In this document: positions 11,036 through 21,728 of the stretch, in pieces
How the letters are laid out: every line of letters starts with the position of its first letter
How positions within the stretch are numbered: position 1 is the first letter of the stretch
Assembly (NCBI GenBank): GCA_016714005.1
Contig: JADJOA010000014.1
Location: 740,407 to 804,406 of the forward strand
Source: Bacteroidota bacterium
Lineage (GTDB): Bacteria > Bacteroidota > Bacteroidia > AKYH767-A > OLB10
Length of the DNA stretch: 64,000 nucleotides
Reading direction: 5' to 3'
Translations under genes and position numbers: made by a program
The notes under the pieces: generated by a model
The model's input: the letters and a program-made list of their open reading frames with translations, nothing else
The model's database searches: none
Told to the model about the DNA's origin: nothing

Positions 11036-11280
11036 ATGTTTTCTTTTCTTTTCGAATTTTATCAAAGGAAGAAAACATCTTTTCCGGCTCGAGCCATCCG
11101 CCATAGGCGGACTAAAACACTTGTCATGAGATGCACCGTTGTGCAAAGGGACGGCAAAAATAAAAAGATAAACTAAAAAGCAAAATCAGATATTACTTTT
11201 TTAGAGTTAATATAAATATATAATTCAATAAGTACTAAGTGTAGAGAAGCAAGGGTTACCTTTGTCGCTTACTTTTCTTT

Positions 11281-12435
11281 ATGCAATTTAACGGAATCAT
11301 CAAATCAAAACTCCACAAAAGCGGCACTAGTATATTTTCTGTAATGAGCGGCATGGCAACAGAGTTTAATGCCATCAATCTTTCTCAGGGTTTTCCCAAT
11401 TTTGAAATTAGCAACGAGCTGGTTTCTCTTGTAAACAAATACATGAAAAAGGGATTTAATCAATACGCTCCCATGCCAGGCATCATTTCTTTGCGCGAGA
11501 GAATTGCCGAAAAAATGGAGAAACTTTATTCATGCAAATACAATCCCGAAACAGAAATTACTATTACAAGCGGTGGCACGCAGGCAATATTTACTGCCAT
11601 ACAGGCGCTGGTTAGAGAAAAGGATGAGGTGATAATTTTTGATCCTGCTTATGATTCTTATGCGCCTGCAGTTGAACTTGCGGGTGGTGTGCCAATACAT
11701 GTAAATTTAAAATATCCAAACTTTCAAATTGACTGGAATGATGTAAAAAAACTGGTTAACCAGCGCACACGTTTGATTATGATTAACACTCCGCACAACC
11801 CCAGCGGAGCAATTATGACTGCAAAAGATATGACTGCATTGGAAAAAATAACATCCAAATCTGATATTATTGTTTTAAGTGATGAAGTTTATGAGCATGT
11901 AATTTTTGATGGCTACGAACACCAAAGTGTGGCGCGTTATCCTAAACTTGCCGAAAGATCAATTATTGTTTACTCTTTCGGTAAAACATTTCATACCACA
12001 GGTTGGAAAATGGGTTATTGTATTGCTCCTCAAAATTTAACTACCGAGTTGAGAAAAGTACATCAGTTTATGGTTTTTTCTGCCAACACACCGGTTCAAC
12101 ATGCTTACGCTGAGTTTATGAGTAATGAAAGAAACTATATGGGTATTGATAAATTTTACCAACACAAACGTGATTATTTTTGGAGTCTTATGAAAAACTC
12201 AAAATTTAAATCGTTGCCATGCAGTGGTTCTTACTTTCAGTTGATGGACTACTCAAAAATAAGCAATGATAGAGATACTGATTTTGCTGTAAAACTTACC
12301 AAAGAAAATGGTGTTGCTACCATTCCTGTTTCGGTGTTTTATAAAAATGCCATTGATAATAAACTGCTTCGTTTTTGTTTTGCAAAAGATGATGAAACCT
12401 TAGAGAAGGCTGCGGAAAAGCTTTTGAAAATCTGA
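11281..12435 (+). CDS. ybdL: PLP-dependent aminotransferase, YbdL-like (methionine / glutamine-KMTB transaminase family)
   Basis: 384 aa, colinear with E. coli YbdL. Shared motifs: INLSQGFPNFE, NQYAPMPG, DPAYDSYAP, NTPHNPSG, SDEVYEH, SFGKTFHTTGWKMGY (PLP-Lys), LRFCFAK. Confidence 0.85.
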   Translation: MQFNGIIKSKLHKSGTSIFSVMSGMATEFNAINLSQGFPNFEISNELVSLVNKYMKKGFNQYAPMPGIISLRERIAEKMEKLYSCKYNPETEITITSGGTQAIFTAIQALVREKDEVIIFDPAYDSYAPAVELAGGVPIHVNLKYPNFQIDWNDVKKLVNQRTRLIMINTPHNPSGAIMTAKDMTALEKITSKSDIIVLSDEVYEHVIFDGYEHQSVARYPKLAERSIIVYSFGKTFHTTGWKMGYCIAPQNLTTELRKVHQFMVFSANTPVQHAYAEFMSNERNYMGIDKFYQHKRDYFWSLMKNSKFKSLPCSGSYFQLMDYSKISNDRDTDFAVKLTKENGVATIPVSVFYKNAIDNKLLRFCFAKDDETLEKAAEKLLKI

Positions 12436-12452
12436 TACTAAAATATTTAACC

Positions 12453-13243
12453 ATGAATAATCTCAGAATTACAACTGTACAAACAAAACTACATTGGGAA
12501 GATTCTAAAAAGAATCTTGCACATTTTTCTTCTTTACTTAAATCGGTTAAGCCAAACAGCACAGATATAATAGTGTTGCCCGAAATGTTCACTACTGCAT
12601 TTAGCATGAATGCCAAAAAGCTTGCAGAGAAAATGGATGGTGTTAGTATGAAGTGGATGGCAAAACTTGCATCAGAAAAAAAAACGCTGCTGTATGTGGC
12701 AGTTTAATCATTGAAGCGAACAATCATTACTACAACCGTTTAATATGGATGAACCCAAGTGGTGCGTATGCACATTATGATAAAAGGCATTTATTCCGCA
12801 TGGCTGATGAGCATAAAACATTTTCAGCGGGGCATAAAAAATTAATTGTGTTACTTAAAGGATGGCGTGTAGCTCCGTTTGTATGCTATGATTTAAGATT
12901 TCCGGTTTGGATGCGAAATCATAATGAGTACGACTGCGCCATTGTAATTGCTAACTGGCCTGAGAAAAGAAGTTTTGCATGGAAGCAGTTATTGATTTCA
13001 CGCGCAATAGAAAATCAATCGTATGTTGTGGGGCTTAACCGAATTGGCAGGGATGGAAATAAAATTTCTTATACAGGCGATAGTATGGTACTTGATCCAT
13101 TAGGAAAAAAAATAAGCAAGACAAAGCCATCGTTGCAAAAATTAGAAACCGTAACGCTTCAGATGAAAACACTTGAAGATTTACGCCATTCGTTTCCTGT
13201 TATGAACGATGCTGATACTTTTCATATTGACCTGAATCATTAA
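12453..13243 (+). CDS. yafV: Carbon-nitrogen hydrolase, omega-amidase YafV-like; frame broken by 1-nt indel in an A9 run (12676-12684)
   Basis: Two ORFs (12453-12707, 12653-13243) together are colinear with YafV: LPEMFTTAF (Glu), YDKRHLFRMADEH, CYDLRFPVW (catalytic Cys), ANWP, AIENQ. Joining them at the A-run restores ...KLASEKKNAAVCGSLII... Confidence 0.8.
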
Positions 13244-13656
13244 TGGAAAATTTTAATGCGGAGCTTCTTTTAAAAGAGGTTGAATTTCGTTTTACAAGAA
13301 GTGGAGGTAAGGGAGGACAGAATGTAAATAAAGTTGCCTCTAAAGCTGAGTTATATTTTAACATAAACCAATCACTAATTCTTTTACCTGATCAAAAAGA
13401 AATACTACTTGAAAAACTTGCAGCAAGACTAAGCACACATGGTGTTTTGAAAATTACAAGCCAAGAGGCGCGCTCGCAGTTAGAAAATAAAGAAAAGGTA
13501 AGCAGGAAATTTATTTTTTTAATTACCAAAGCATTTTCTCCTGTAAAAGCAAGGAAGGAAACAAAACCTGGTAAACAGGCAAAGGAGAAAAGGCTGAAAG
13601 AGAAAAAAATGAAATCTCTTTTAAAAAAATTGAGGCAGGGTAATGTTGAATTTTAA
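13243..13656 (+). CDS. arfB: Alternative ribosome-rescue factor ArfB (YaeJ), GGQ peptidyl-tRNA hydrolase
   Basis: 137 aa with RSGGKGGQNVNKV (GGQ motif) and a C-terminal Lys/Arg-rich tail. The start overlaps the yafV stop (TAATG). Confidence 0.8.
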   Translation: MENFNAELLLKEVEFRFTRSGGKGGQNVNKVASKAELYFNINQSLILLPDQKEILLEKLAARLSTHGVLKITSQEARSQLENKEKVSRKFIFLITKAFSPVKARKETKPGKQAKEKRLKEKKMKSLLKKLRQGNVEF

Positions 13657-13737
13657 AAGAGAATAAATAAAAAGCCAATTTTTGTTTTATCCTGGTAACA
13701 GTAATCCACATTCAAACTAATGTGCCCACTAAAAATA

Positions 13738-13763
13738 AAAAAGCCCGTATCAAACGGGCTTTT
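13738..13763. terminator. Bidirectional hairpin terminator between convergent arfB and CotH-family gene
   Basis: Stem aagcccgt/acgggctt with loop atcaa, flanked by an A-run upstream and T-run downstream. Confidence 0.5.
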
Positions 13764-13787
13764 ACTAGTAAAAAAATATGCTTGTGA

Positions 13788-16324
13788 TTACTTATTATAA
13801 ACCAGCTTAACTGTTTTTACATTTTTACCTGCATCAAGTTTTACAAAATACATTCCCGAAGAAAGATTCATGTCTGTAAAATTGATGTTAAGGCTGTAAG
13901 AACCCTGCTGTTGGTTTGCTGAGCTAAGTACCGGTGCAATTAATTTTCCGGTTGATGAATAAAGGTTAATTGCAAGTGGTCCGTTGTGTGGTACACTAAA
14001 TTTAATATTTGCATCAGTATTAGTTACAGAAGGAGACGCGCTTAATCCTATATATGAATTGGGGTTTTCGTCAATAGAAGTAAGTAAGAAGTGTGCAATA
14101 ATTGTATCGCTTCCATTGAGCATAATATTACTGTTTATAGATGTCGCATTAGGGTTAAATACCTGTGAATTGGCGCTCCAGTTTATAAAAGGAGCACTGC
14201 CGGTTGGTTGCGCTTCAAGCAAGGTTTGTAAATTACCAAAATAAGTTCCACTCCATGGTAGGGCACTTAACAATAAGGAGTTCAATTTAACATTACCCGC
14301 CCAAACAGGATCAGCCGTAACTGTTAGGTTATAAGGGCCAGTAAGATTATAGCAATTCATAAACCCGGTTGATAATGCTGCACAACGGTTTATAATAAAC
14401 TGACGCATAGTTGCATGATTGTTTTGCCATGTTGTAAGATTGCCATTCCAACGTGTACATTGCTGAGGCATTTCGGGAGCTATTAAAGCAATGGTGCTGT
14501 CAAACTGCGGGATTAAATTATCGCAACTAAATGTAGTGTTCCATAAATCAATCATACGTGCAATATAAAACTGATTGAAGCCTGCATTTTGTCTCAACTT
14601 TTGCAAAACATTTATATGTCCGTCAGGGTCGCTGAAACTATTTCCTTGCAAAGTTTGCGGATCGCATGGAGGGGCTGTTGCTAACGTAGAGGGCAAACCA
14701 GTATAGTTAATGTAATGATCAAAGGTGGCATCATTATCCCACAACTGATACTTCAATTTTAATTGTCCTTGCAGTGTATCAGTTCCTCTCCACCAACAGG
14801 TGTTGTAGTTTAACCAATCAGTACAAACAGTAAACATATTTACTGCAATATAATCAACAAGGCTTGCCACATCCAATCTGTCGGCTACATAATTATAGGT
14901 GGCTTGGTTAGCCATGTTGTTAGCTCCATTCATAATGTAGGCATACAAAACGTTCCAGTCATTCTCTGCTTGTAATCCTCCATACTCGCTCCATTGTTGC
15001 CCCCACCTTTTTAACATATACAAATGATATTTATCCACACCATAGTAATATTCAATATTGTCGTGGTTATCAGGGTTATCGCGCAAATCATACACCCCCA
15101 ATAAGCACCATTTAAATAAACCACGCACTTGCTTCCTCGCCTTACATCCAAACTCATGTTTGATTTAGCCACTACGTTTTGAATATAAGCATCACGCACA
15201 TGGGCACTGCCTTGATTCGCCTGTCTGTTATCTGCAGGAAAATTATCGTCACCAGCCGCACGTAAAATAATGCGTTGGTAATTGTTAAGTGCCGAAGTAT
15301 TAGACAAAGTTTCTTCAATTGAGTGATTAATGCCATACTCATCGCGTGATACAAAATCAAGGCTGCGGTGGCTCAATACCCATGAGTCTTGTCCGTGGCT
15401 ATTAAAATCTCCATAAGTGTTAGCGGTGCGCACCCCAGATGTATTAAAATATTCAAATGAACCAATAGGATTTAAATTATCATTACCGTTGGCAAGTGTG
15501 TTTAAAGATGTTCCAGAGATAGATACTACAGGCAATGTATGTGATACATTAATAAAATAAGTTGCATACCTTATAAAACTAGGAAGTATGCCCGGTGTGC
15601 TGCTATAAGTTATTGCATTTAAAACAGTAGTGGCTGAGACTGTAATTGGTCCTGTATAAATGGTGCTTGTGGTTGTAGGTAATGTTCCATTGGTAGTGTA
15701 ACGAATGGTTGCATTTGGTTCTGTACTGGTTATAGCTACTGTTACAGAGGAAGGGTAAAATCCGGGAGTAACACTAAAATCCGGTCTGTCGGCATAATCG
15801 GTGTTTGCAATTTGACTATTGTTAGAAGCGTTTATAGTCGGAGACGTAAATATTCCCCAGGTTGATGCACCATTAGTAGTGCGGCCATAGGAATGATCCT
15901 TTTGCGTTTTTTGTGCTATTTCAACCATGTCAATTCTTATCCCTGTAGGATAAGATAAAACAATCCACTCATTATTGTTTTTTGTTTGTTTAAGATTAAA
16001 GTTGGTATGATATGATGTTCCTGAAGATGTGCCTCTGCCTGATGCCCATATTCTTAAAAAACCACCGGCAGCAATATTTGTATTTGCAGGGAACTGCCAC
16101 TTTAAATTGTTTAAAGAATCATCGCTTAAATAAAAACCGGAAATATTTACAGGGGAGGCAGATGAATTGTAAAGTTCTATCCAGTCATTGTTATCGCCAT
16201 AGTTATCAATCCAGGGAGAAACAGTTTTGCGGTTGCTGCAAGAAAATTCGTTAATTACAACTTGCGCATCAAGGCTTAAGCAAATTGCAGTTAAAAAGCA
16301 TAATAGAGTTAATTTTTTTGTCAT
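13788..16324 (-). CDS. CotH-family (atypical kinase-like) protein with N-terminal lamin-tail domain and T9SS CTD; frameshifted near 15011-15128
   Basis: ORFs 15011-16324 and 13788-15128 are colinear: signal peptide, LTD (VINEFSCSN...DWIELYN...ISGFYLSDD), CotH-like core (YLNGAYWG|VYDLRDNP, NYVADRLDVASLVDYIAVNMF..., WDNDATFDHY), C-terminal Por_Secre_tail (...GMYFVKLDAGKNVKTVKLVYNK). The frame junction falls at YLNGAYWG/VYDLRD. Confidence 0.65.
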
Positions 16325-16426
16325 GTTATTAGATTGTTAAATTAATTTTAAGATTTTCAAAAATATTGAAAACAAACAAAAATCAAAGCCTGATAAACAG
16401 GTGCGCTTTAAACTATTAATTGTGCG

Positions 16427-17695
16427 TTAATAGCCATATTTATTCTGCCAGCGCATTTTCAAAAAAGTGCGTGTTTCGTTTTCTCTTGCATTTTTTCCCG
16501 GCTCATAAAAAACTGTACCGGCAATTTTTTCGGGTAAATATTCCAACGCAGTAAAATTGTTGTCGTATTGATGAGCATACTTGTAATTGGTGCCATAGTT
16601 AAGCTCTTTCATTAACTTAGTTGGCGCATTGCGCAAATGTAATGGGACAGGCAAATCACCTTCTGTTCTAACTTTATCAATCGCATTTTCTATTGCCATG
16701 TATGATGCATTGCTTTTGGGCGAGGTGGCTAAATAAATTACGGTTTGCGATAGAATAATTCTGCACTCTGGGTAACCAATTACATCTACTGCATTAAAAC
16801 AATTTACCGCCATTACCAAAGCTGTTGGGTTTGCATTGCCAATGTCCTCGCTGGCAAGTATTACCATTCTTCGTGCAATAAACTTTGGATCTTCGCCCCC
16901 CTCAATCATACGCGCAAGCCAATACACAGCAGCGTTAGGATCGCTGCCTCGCATACTTTTATAAATGCCGAAATAATATCATAATGTTGTTCACCGGTTT
17001 TATCATAAAATGCAATTTTTTGCTGTGCAATTTTTAAAACCACATCATCCGTAATTTCAGTTTCTGGTTTATTAATGGTGGTTACTACCAACTCAAAAAG
17101 ATTTAAAAGTTTGCGAGCATCACCGCCCGATAGGCGAAGCAATGCTTCAACTTCTTTCAATACAATTTTTTTCTTTCTTAAAAATGCATCATTATTAATT
17201 GCATTATTAAGTAATTCAACTAAATCATCTTTGCCTAAGTGTTCTAAAACATAAACCGCATCGGCTAAGCAAAGGCTGTATTACTTCAAATGATGGATTT
17301 TCAGTGGTAGCACCAATCAAAATAATAATTCCTTTTTCCACAGCGCCAAGCAATGAGTCTTGTTGAGATTTATTAAAACGATGTATCTCATCAATAAACA
17401 AAACCGCTTTACCGTTTTCCTGTGCCTTGCCTATTACTTCGCGCACATCTTTTACCCCGCTGTTAATGGCGCTTAATGTAAAAAATGGCAAGTGTGCTCT
17501 TTGCGCCAGCATTTGTGCCAATGTTGTTTTGCCCACACCGGGAGGTCCCCAAAAAATGATTGAAGGCAAATTGCCTGATTGATATATGGTGTGTAATATT
17601 TTTCCTTCACCAACTAAATGTTTTTGACCCGCAACCGCTTCTAAATTTTGTGGACGCATGCGTTCTGCTAATGGTTGTGATTGTAACATCATCAA
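16427..17695 (-). CDS. rarA: Replication-associated recombination protein A (RarA/MgsA AAA+ ATPase); split into 3 ORFs by two frameshifts
   Basis: 17225-17695 carries Walker [12 protein letters not shown] and [10 protein letters not shown]. 16906-17160 and 16427-16954 carry the MgsA_C region ([36 protein letters not shown]...). Confidence 0.8.
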
Positions 17696-17747
17696 ATTGT
17701 TTTTGATGAAAATAAAAATTTATTCTCAACCAGTATCCTTAAAAAAT

Positions 17748-18425
17748 TTAGTGTGTCACATTTATTTTTGTAGAACTTGTTAAGCCTTCAGCACTAAGCC
17801 TCAAAAAATAAATACCGTTAGGCAATCCTGTTGCATCAATAACAATCCTGTTTTTGCCAATTTTTAAATTATAGGAAGATGATAACACTGTTTGTCCTAA
17901 CGTATTCCTGGTAATTAATTTACCAACTCCGGCTTTTGATGAGGTAAAACTTATACGTAACTGATCGGAAGCCGGATTAGGAGAAACTTTCAGTTCTTTT
18001 CCCAACATGTTATTATCTGATGTAGAAGTTACATCACAACCGGGTGACGGTGCATTGCTGTCATCAAAAATAATTTGACTGCACGGTATATCTACATGAT
18101 TGCCGCTACAATTAATAATAGCGCCAGGTTCATAGTAAATAGTATCATCAATTCCTGAACAATCAATAGATGCCCCTGATTTCAGATAAACAATTTTTTC
18201 TATGCCCGACATCGCAAGTACACCACCGCTTTCTACATAGTAGGTGTTATAGACACCTGACCCATTTAAAGTATCGCCACTGCAAACCCACCATATTTGG
18301 TTTACCATTCCTACTGTTGTGTCGTTATTTATTACCACAGCATTGGCTGGAATTGTAACAAAGCATTGAGCTATTGCCAGTTGGCAATTTGCCAACATAG
18401 TCAGGATTAGCATTAAATTTCTCAT
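17748..18425 (-). CDS. Small secreted hypothetical protein with T9SS CTD (225 aa)
   Basis: Signal peptide MRNLMLILTMLANCQLAIAQ. C-terminus VSPNPASDQLRISF...NGIYFLRLSAEG...KINVTH. Confidence 0.7.
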   Translation of the reverse strand: MRNLMLILTMLANCQLAIAQCFVTIPANAVVINNDTTVGMVNQIWWVCSGDTLNGSGVYNTYYVESGGVLAMSGIEKIVYLKSGASIDCSGIDDTIYYEPGAIINCSGNHVDIPCSQIIFDDSNAPSPGCDVTSTSDNNMLGKELKVSPNPASDQLRISFTSSKAGVGKLITRNTLGQTVLSSSYNLKIGKNRIVIDATGLPNGIYFLRLSAEGLTSSTKINVTH

Positions 18426-18535
18426 ACCGGTTTTTTTAAAGACCTAAAGTTAACATTTTAAACTGTCGGTCATAACATTAAATCTTTGATTAGTATCCGT
18501 GCTGCCACGTAGTTAAAATTGCCAATTACAGGGTA

Positions 18536-18925
18536 TTGACTGCGAACCCCTGTGACAGCATTTTTGCTTCTTTAAAAATCATGACAAGAAAAAACTTCTT
18601 TCTCGTTTTTTTTCTCCTAATTGTTTCCGTATTATTTGCTGATGATAGCACCAACCTCAATATTATAAAACAGCAATTAAGAAATACCGAAACAGAAAAG
18701 GAATTTCAAAAACTCGTTGCGAAATATCAGCCTCATGGAGAAATTATACTTGATATAACTGTTTATAAAAAGGGAAGGGTAGAAAGCGTTTTTAAATCAT
18801 CATGTACTATAACTGACAGAAAGTTTATAAACGAACTTATCAACTACGTAAAAGCATTACAATTTGATATTAAACTAAAGAAGAATCAGAAAATAAAAAC
18901 ACAATACACTTACTCATTTAATTAA
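18536..18925 (+). CDS. Hypothetical small secreted protein (likely true start at internal Met, MTRKNFFLVFF...)
   Basis: ORF with a hydrophobic N-terminal segment. It abuts the next gene (11-nt gap), suggesting an operon. No recognisable domain. Confidence 0.4.
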   Translation: MTANPCDSIFASLKIMTRKNFFLVFFLLIVSVLFADDSTNLNIIKQQLRNTETEKEFQKLVAKYQPHGEIILDITVYKKGRVESVFKSSCTITDRKFINELINYVKALQFDIKLKKNQKIKTQYTYSFN

Positions 18926-18935
18926 ATCTACAACA

Positions 18936-20498
18936 ATGAAAAAATCAATTTTAATTACAGCAATTGCGCTTGGCTCAGCATGTAGCATCAGCGCACAGGA
19001 ATTTCCTGTATCATGGGAATCGGAATTTGAAAGCCGTGCATCGGTACTATCAGTAGTGAGCGATGATGGCAAGTATGTACTTGGTACCGACAAGGATGAA
19101 ATGACTTTGTTGGACGAAAACGGAAAATTAGTTTACAACGGACGCTACAAAGAAATTACGGGTAAAGAGGGAGTTAACAAACCCGAAATGCAATACGTTT
19201 ATTTTGATGCAGGCTTACTTTTTTTGTTTGACAAAAAAATGGGCAAGGACCGCATGGCGGTAGTTGATGTTAAAACTGGAAAAAACCTTTGGAACAGTAA
19301 TGAATATCAGAACATCACTGATGATAATATGGAATATGTTGCTGAACTGGATGCCTTTTTCTTTTCACAAAAAGATGTTACTACGCTTGTTAATGCACGC
19401 ACAGGCGAAAAAATTTGGCAAACCGATAAGTTTAAAGGATCTATAGGTGCACATCTATATTTAAAAGAGAGCAACGATATTATTATGATAAACTTTAAAC
19501 CAAATCAGTTATCAGCTTTGTTCTCCTGTTTTCAAAATCAGGTGGCGCGCATTAATGCCAAAACAGGTGAAGCAAAATGGAGTAAAAAACATTTTGGCTT
19601 TGTTGAGAAAGAAGTAGTAACCCGTAAACCCATAGTTACTCTTTATGTAAAAAATGATAAAATATATGTGCAGTTGGATGGTTTGCAGGTTTTTGATTTT
19701 GCCACTGGCAAAGAATTATGGAAAGCTGTGTATGAAACAGATATGGATACCAGGCGCGGTTTCTGGAACCGTGGACCACATGGCGGTAAAGTATTGGATG
19801 GAGGAATTTACGGAGCCATTGCTCCGCCTTTGTATACCAAAGATGCAGTGTACGTAGTAATGGGTGGCGAAAGACAAAAAGTTAAGTATGTGCAAAAGCA
19901 TGATATAGAAACAGGAAAACTGGTGTGGGAATCAGAAAAAATTACAGGAGCATCAGCCATGCCGCATTTGTACGAGAACAATGGAAAAATTATTGCTCAA
20001 ATAGGCGGCTTAATTAATAAGCAAACAATAGAGCGTAAGGTTGTTAAAACACAAACCACTGAAGAAATAATTACTTACCGCAACAGCGAGTACGAGTTTT
20101 TAGGCGGCTACGGCATACTTGCACTTGACCCTGCATCGGGTAACAAAGCCTGGCGAAGTGAAAAATTTGACAAACGTATTTCCGATTTAATTTTTGATGG
20201 AACCATGTTGTATGCCGGAGGTGGCGATGAGTTTTATGGTTTTGATGTAGCTACCGGTGAAATGAAAATAAATGTTGACCACTCTAAAAACAAAGTAGGC
20301 AAAACCATGTGGGCTTTTGATAATGGAGAGAGTGTGGCACTTGTATGTGATAAGGGCATGGCGGCTTACAGTAAAAAAGATGGAAATAAATTATACAATT
20401 CCGATAAGTTTAGAAACGTAACTGCTTACCACGTAAGAAACGGCAAAATGTTTTTAAGAAATGAAACGGAAAGCAGTAACAAGATTGCCCAAGGTTGA
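18936..20498 (+). CDS. PQQ-like beta-propeller repeat protein, secreted (BamB-like fold)
   Basis: Signal peptide MKKSILITAIALGSACSISAQ. Repeated G-x-x-x-W-x-S/T-x-K/E-F/Y blocks (GKNLWNSNEY, GEKIWQTDKF, GEAKWSKKHF, GKELWKAVYE, GKLVWESEKI, GNKAWRSEKF). Confidence 0.7.
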   Translation: MKKSILITAIALGSACSISAQEFPVSWESEFESRASVLSVVSDDGKYVLGTDKDEMTLLDENGKLVYNGRYKEITGKEGVNKPEMQYVYFDAGLLFLFDKKMGKDRMAVVDVKTGKNLWNSNEYQNITDDNMEYVAELDAFFFSQKDVTTLVNARTGEKIWQTDKFKGSIGAHLYLKESNDIIMINFKPNQLSALFSCFQNQVARINAKTGEAKWSKKHFGFVEKEVVTRKPIVTLYVKNDKIYVQLDGLQVFDFATGKELWKAVYETDMDTRRGFWNRGPHGGKVLDGGIYGAIAPPLYTKDAVYVVMGGERQKVKYVQKHDIETGKLVWESEKITGASAMPHLYENNGKIIAQIGGLINKQTIERKVVKTQTTEEIITYRNSEYEFLGGYGILALDPASGNKAWRSEKFDKRISDLIFDGTMLYAGGGDEFYGFDVATGEMKINVDHSKNKVGKTMWAFDNGESVALVCDKGMAAYSKKDGNKLYNSDKFRNVTAYHVRNGKMFLRNETESSNKIAQG

Positions 20499-20663
20499 TT
20501 TAAAAACAGGCAACATACTTGGCGAAGAAAAATCTAAAGGCAGCGGGGAGGAGATGTATATGGTGATGGATTGGATATGACATCGGATGCAGCGTTTATT
20601 TTTTCTTTCAGAAATAAAAAAGTGGCTAAACTCAAAACTCAATAACCGCAGTAAGTGTAATGC

Positions 20664-20693
20664 AGGGGCGAATTTAATTCGCCCCTCTTTTAT
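20664..20693. terminator. Hairpin terminator between convergent PQQ-repeat gene and CDF transporter gene
   Basis: 10-bp stem aggggcgaat/attcgcccct with loop tta, followed by cttttatt. Confidence 0.5.
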
Positions 20694-21679
20694 TAGTAAA
20701 GGGTATGCCTTTTATTTTGTATCATATTTTCACTACTCCATTCAACTTGCGCAACAAATTCTTTTTTCCTGAAGGAGCAATTGCTTACAGCACAAATGTT
20801 ACAGGGTATCTGCTCGCAAGGGTCCGTATGTATAAACAGCTCTACAGTGAATTTGGTACTGCGGTTAATTTCTTTTTCAAGTGTTTTTACTTCATTATGC
20901 ACACTCTCTAACGATTCGTAAAAGGGCAAAGTCATGTGGCAGTCAATATGCACATAGTGCCCAAATTTTTGCATGCGCAGGTTATGTATGTCTATCCATT
21001 TATCCTGCCTTATTTTTTGTAACGAAACAGCTATTTCATCAATCAAAGCTGTATCGGCTTTGTCCATTAAATTGTTTAGCGAATCACGCACTAATTTATA
21101 TCCGTTAAATAAAATATGGAACGACAACATTAAAGCCAATGCACCATCTATCCATGTAAACAGGGTAAGCTTATAAAGCAGCAAAGCAAAAATTAAGCTG
21201 GCGCTGGTAGCAACATCGGTAAGTATATGCTTACCATCAGCCATCATCACAACTGAGTTTGTTTGCTTTCCTTTTTTAACAAGATGTAATCCCATTACCA
21301 TCAAAACAACTGTAGTGATAGTGGTAAGCAAAATGCCTTCCTCAACATGGTTAATTACTTTGCCACTTATTAAACTGAAAATAGCATTTATAAAAATGTA
21401 AACACCGGTAAAAAAGATAAGCGCACCTTCAAATCCTGCAGCTATGTATTCAATTTTACCGTGCCCGTAAGGATGGTCGGCATCTTTAAGTTTTGCTGAA
21501 TAAGTCACGCTGTATAATGCAAAACCGGTGGCGGCAATGTTTATAATACTTTCAAATGCATCGGATAAAACTGCATAACTGCGTGTAAGGTAATACGAAT
21601 AAAATTTCACCAATGTTATGGCAATAGAAACCACAAGCACTGCCCGCAATGATTTTACTTTTGATTTAAGCGATGACAT
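20693..21679 (-). CDS. Cation diffusion facilitator (CDF) family metal efflux transporter with Cys-rich C-terminal tail
   Basis: 328 aa. The TM region has the CDF signature (LSDAFESIINIAATGFALYSV, HPYGHGKIEY...). The C-terminus is CEQIPCNICAVSNCSF. Confidence 0.85.
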   Translation of the reverse strand: MSSLKSKVKSLRAVLVVSIAITLVKFYSYYLTRSYAVLSDAFESIINIAATGFALYSVTYSAKLKDADHPYGHGKIEYIAAGFEGALIFFTGVYIFINAIFSLISGKVINHVEEGILLTTITTVVLMVMGLHLVKKGKQTNSVVMMADGKHILTDVATSASLIFALLLYKLTLFTWIDGALALMLSFHILFNGYKLVRDSLNNLMDKADTALIDEIAVSLQKIRQDKWIDIHNLRMQKFGHYVHIDCHMTLPFYESLESVHNEVKTLEKEINRSTKFTVELFIHTDPCEQIPCNICAVSNCSFRKKEFVAQVEWSSENMIQNKRHTLY

Positions 21680-21728
21680 AGAAGTGTTTGGTGATTAATA
21701 AATGCAAATATTTTTCCGAAAATAATAA

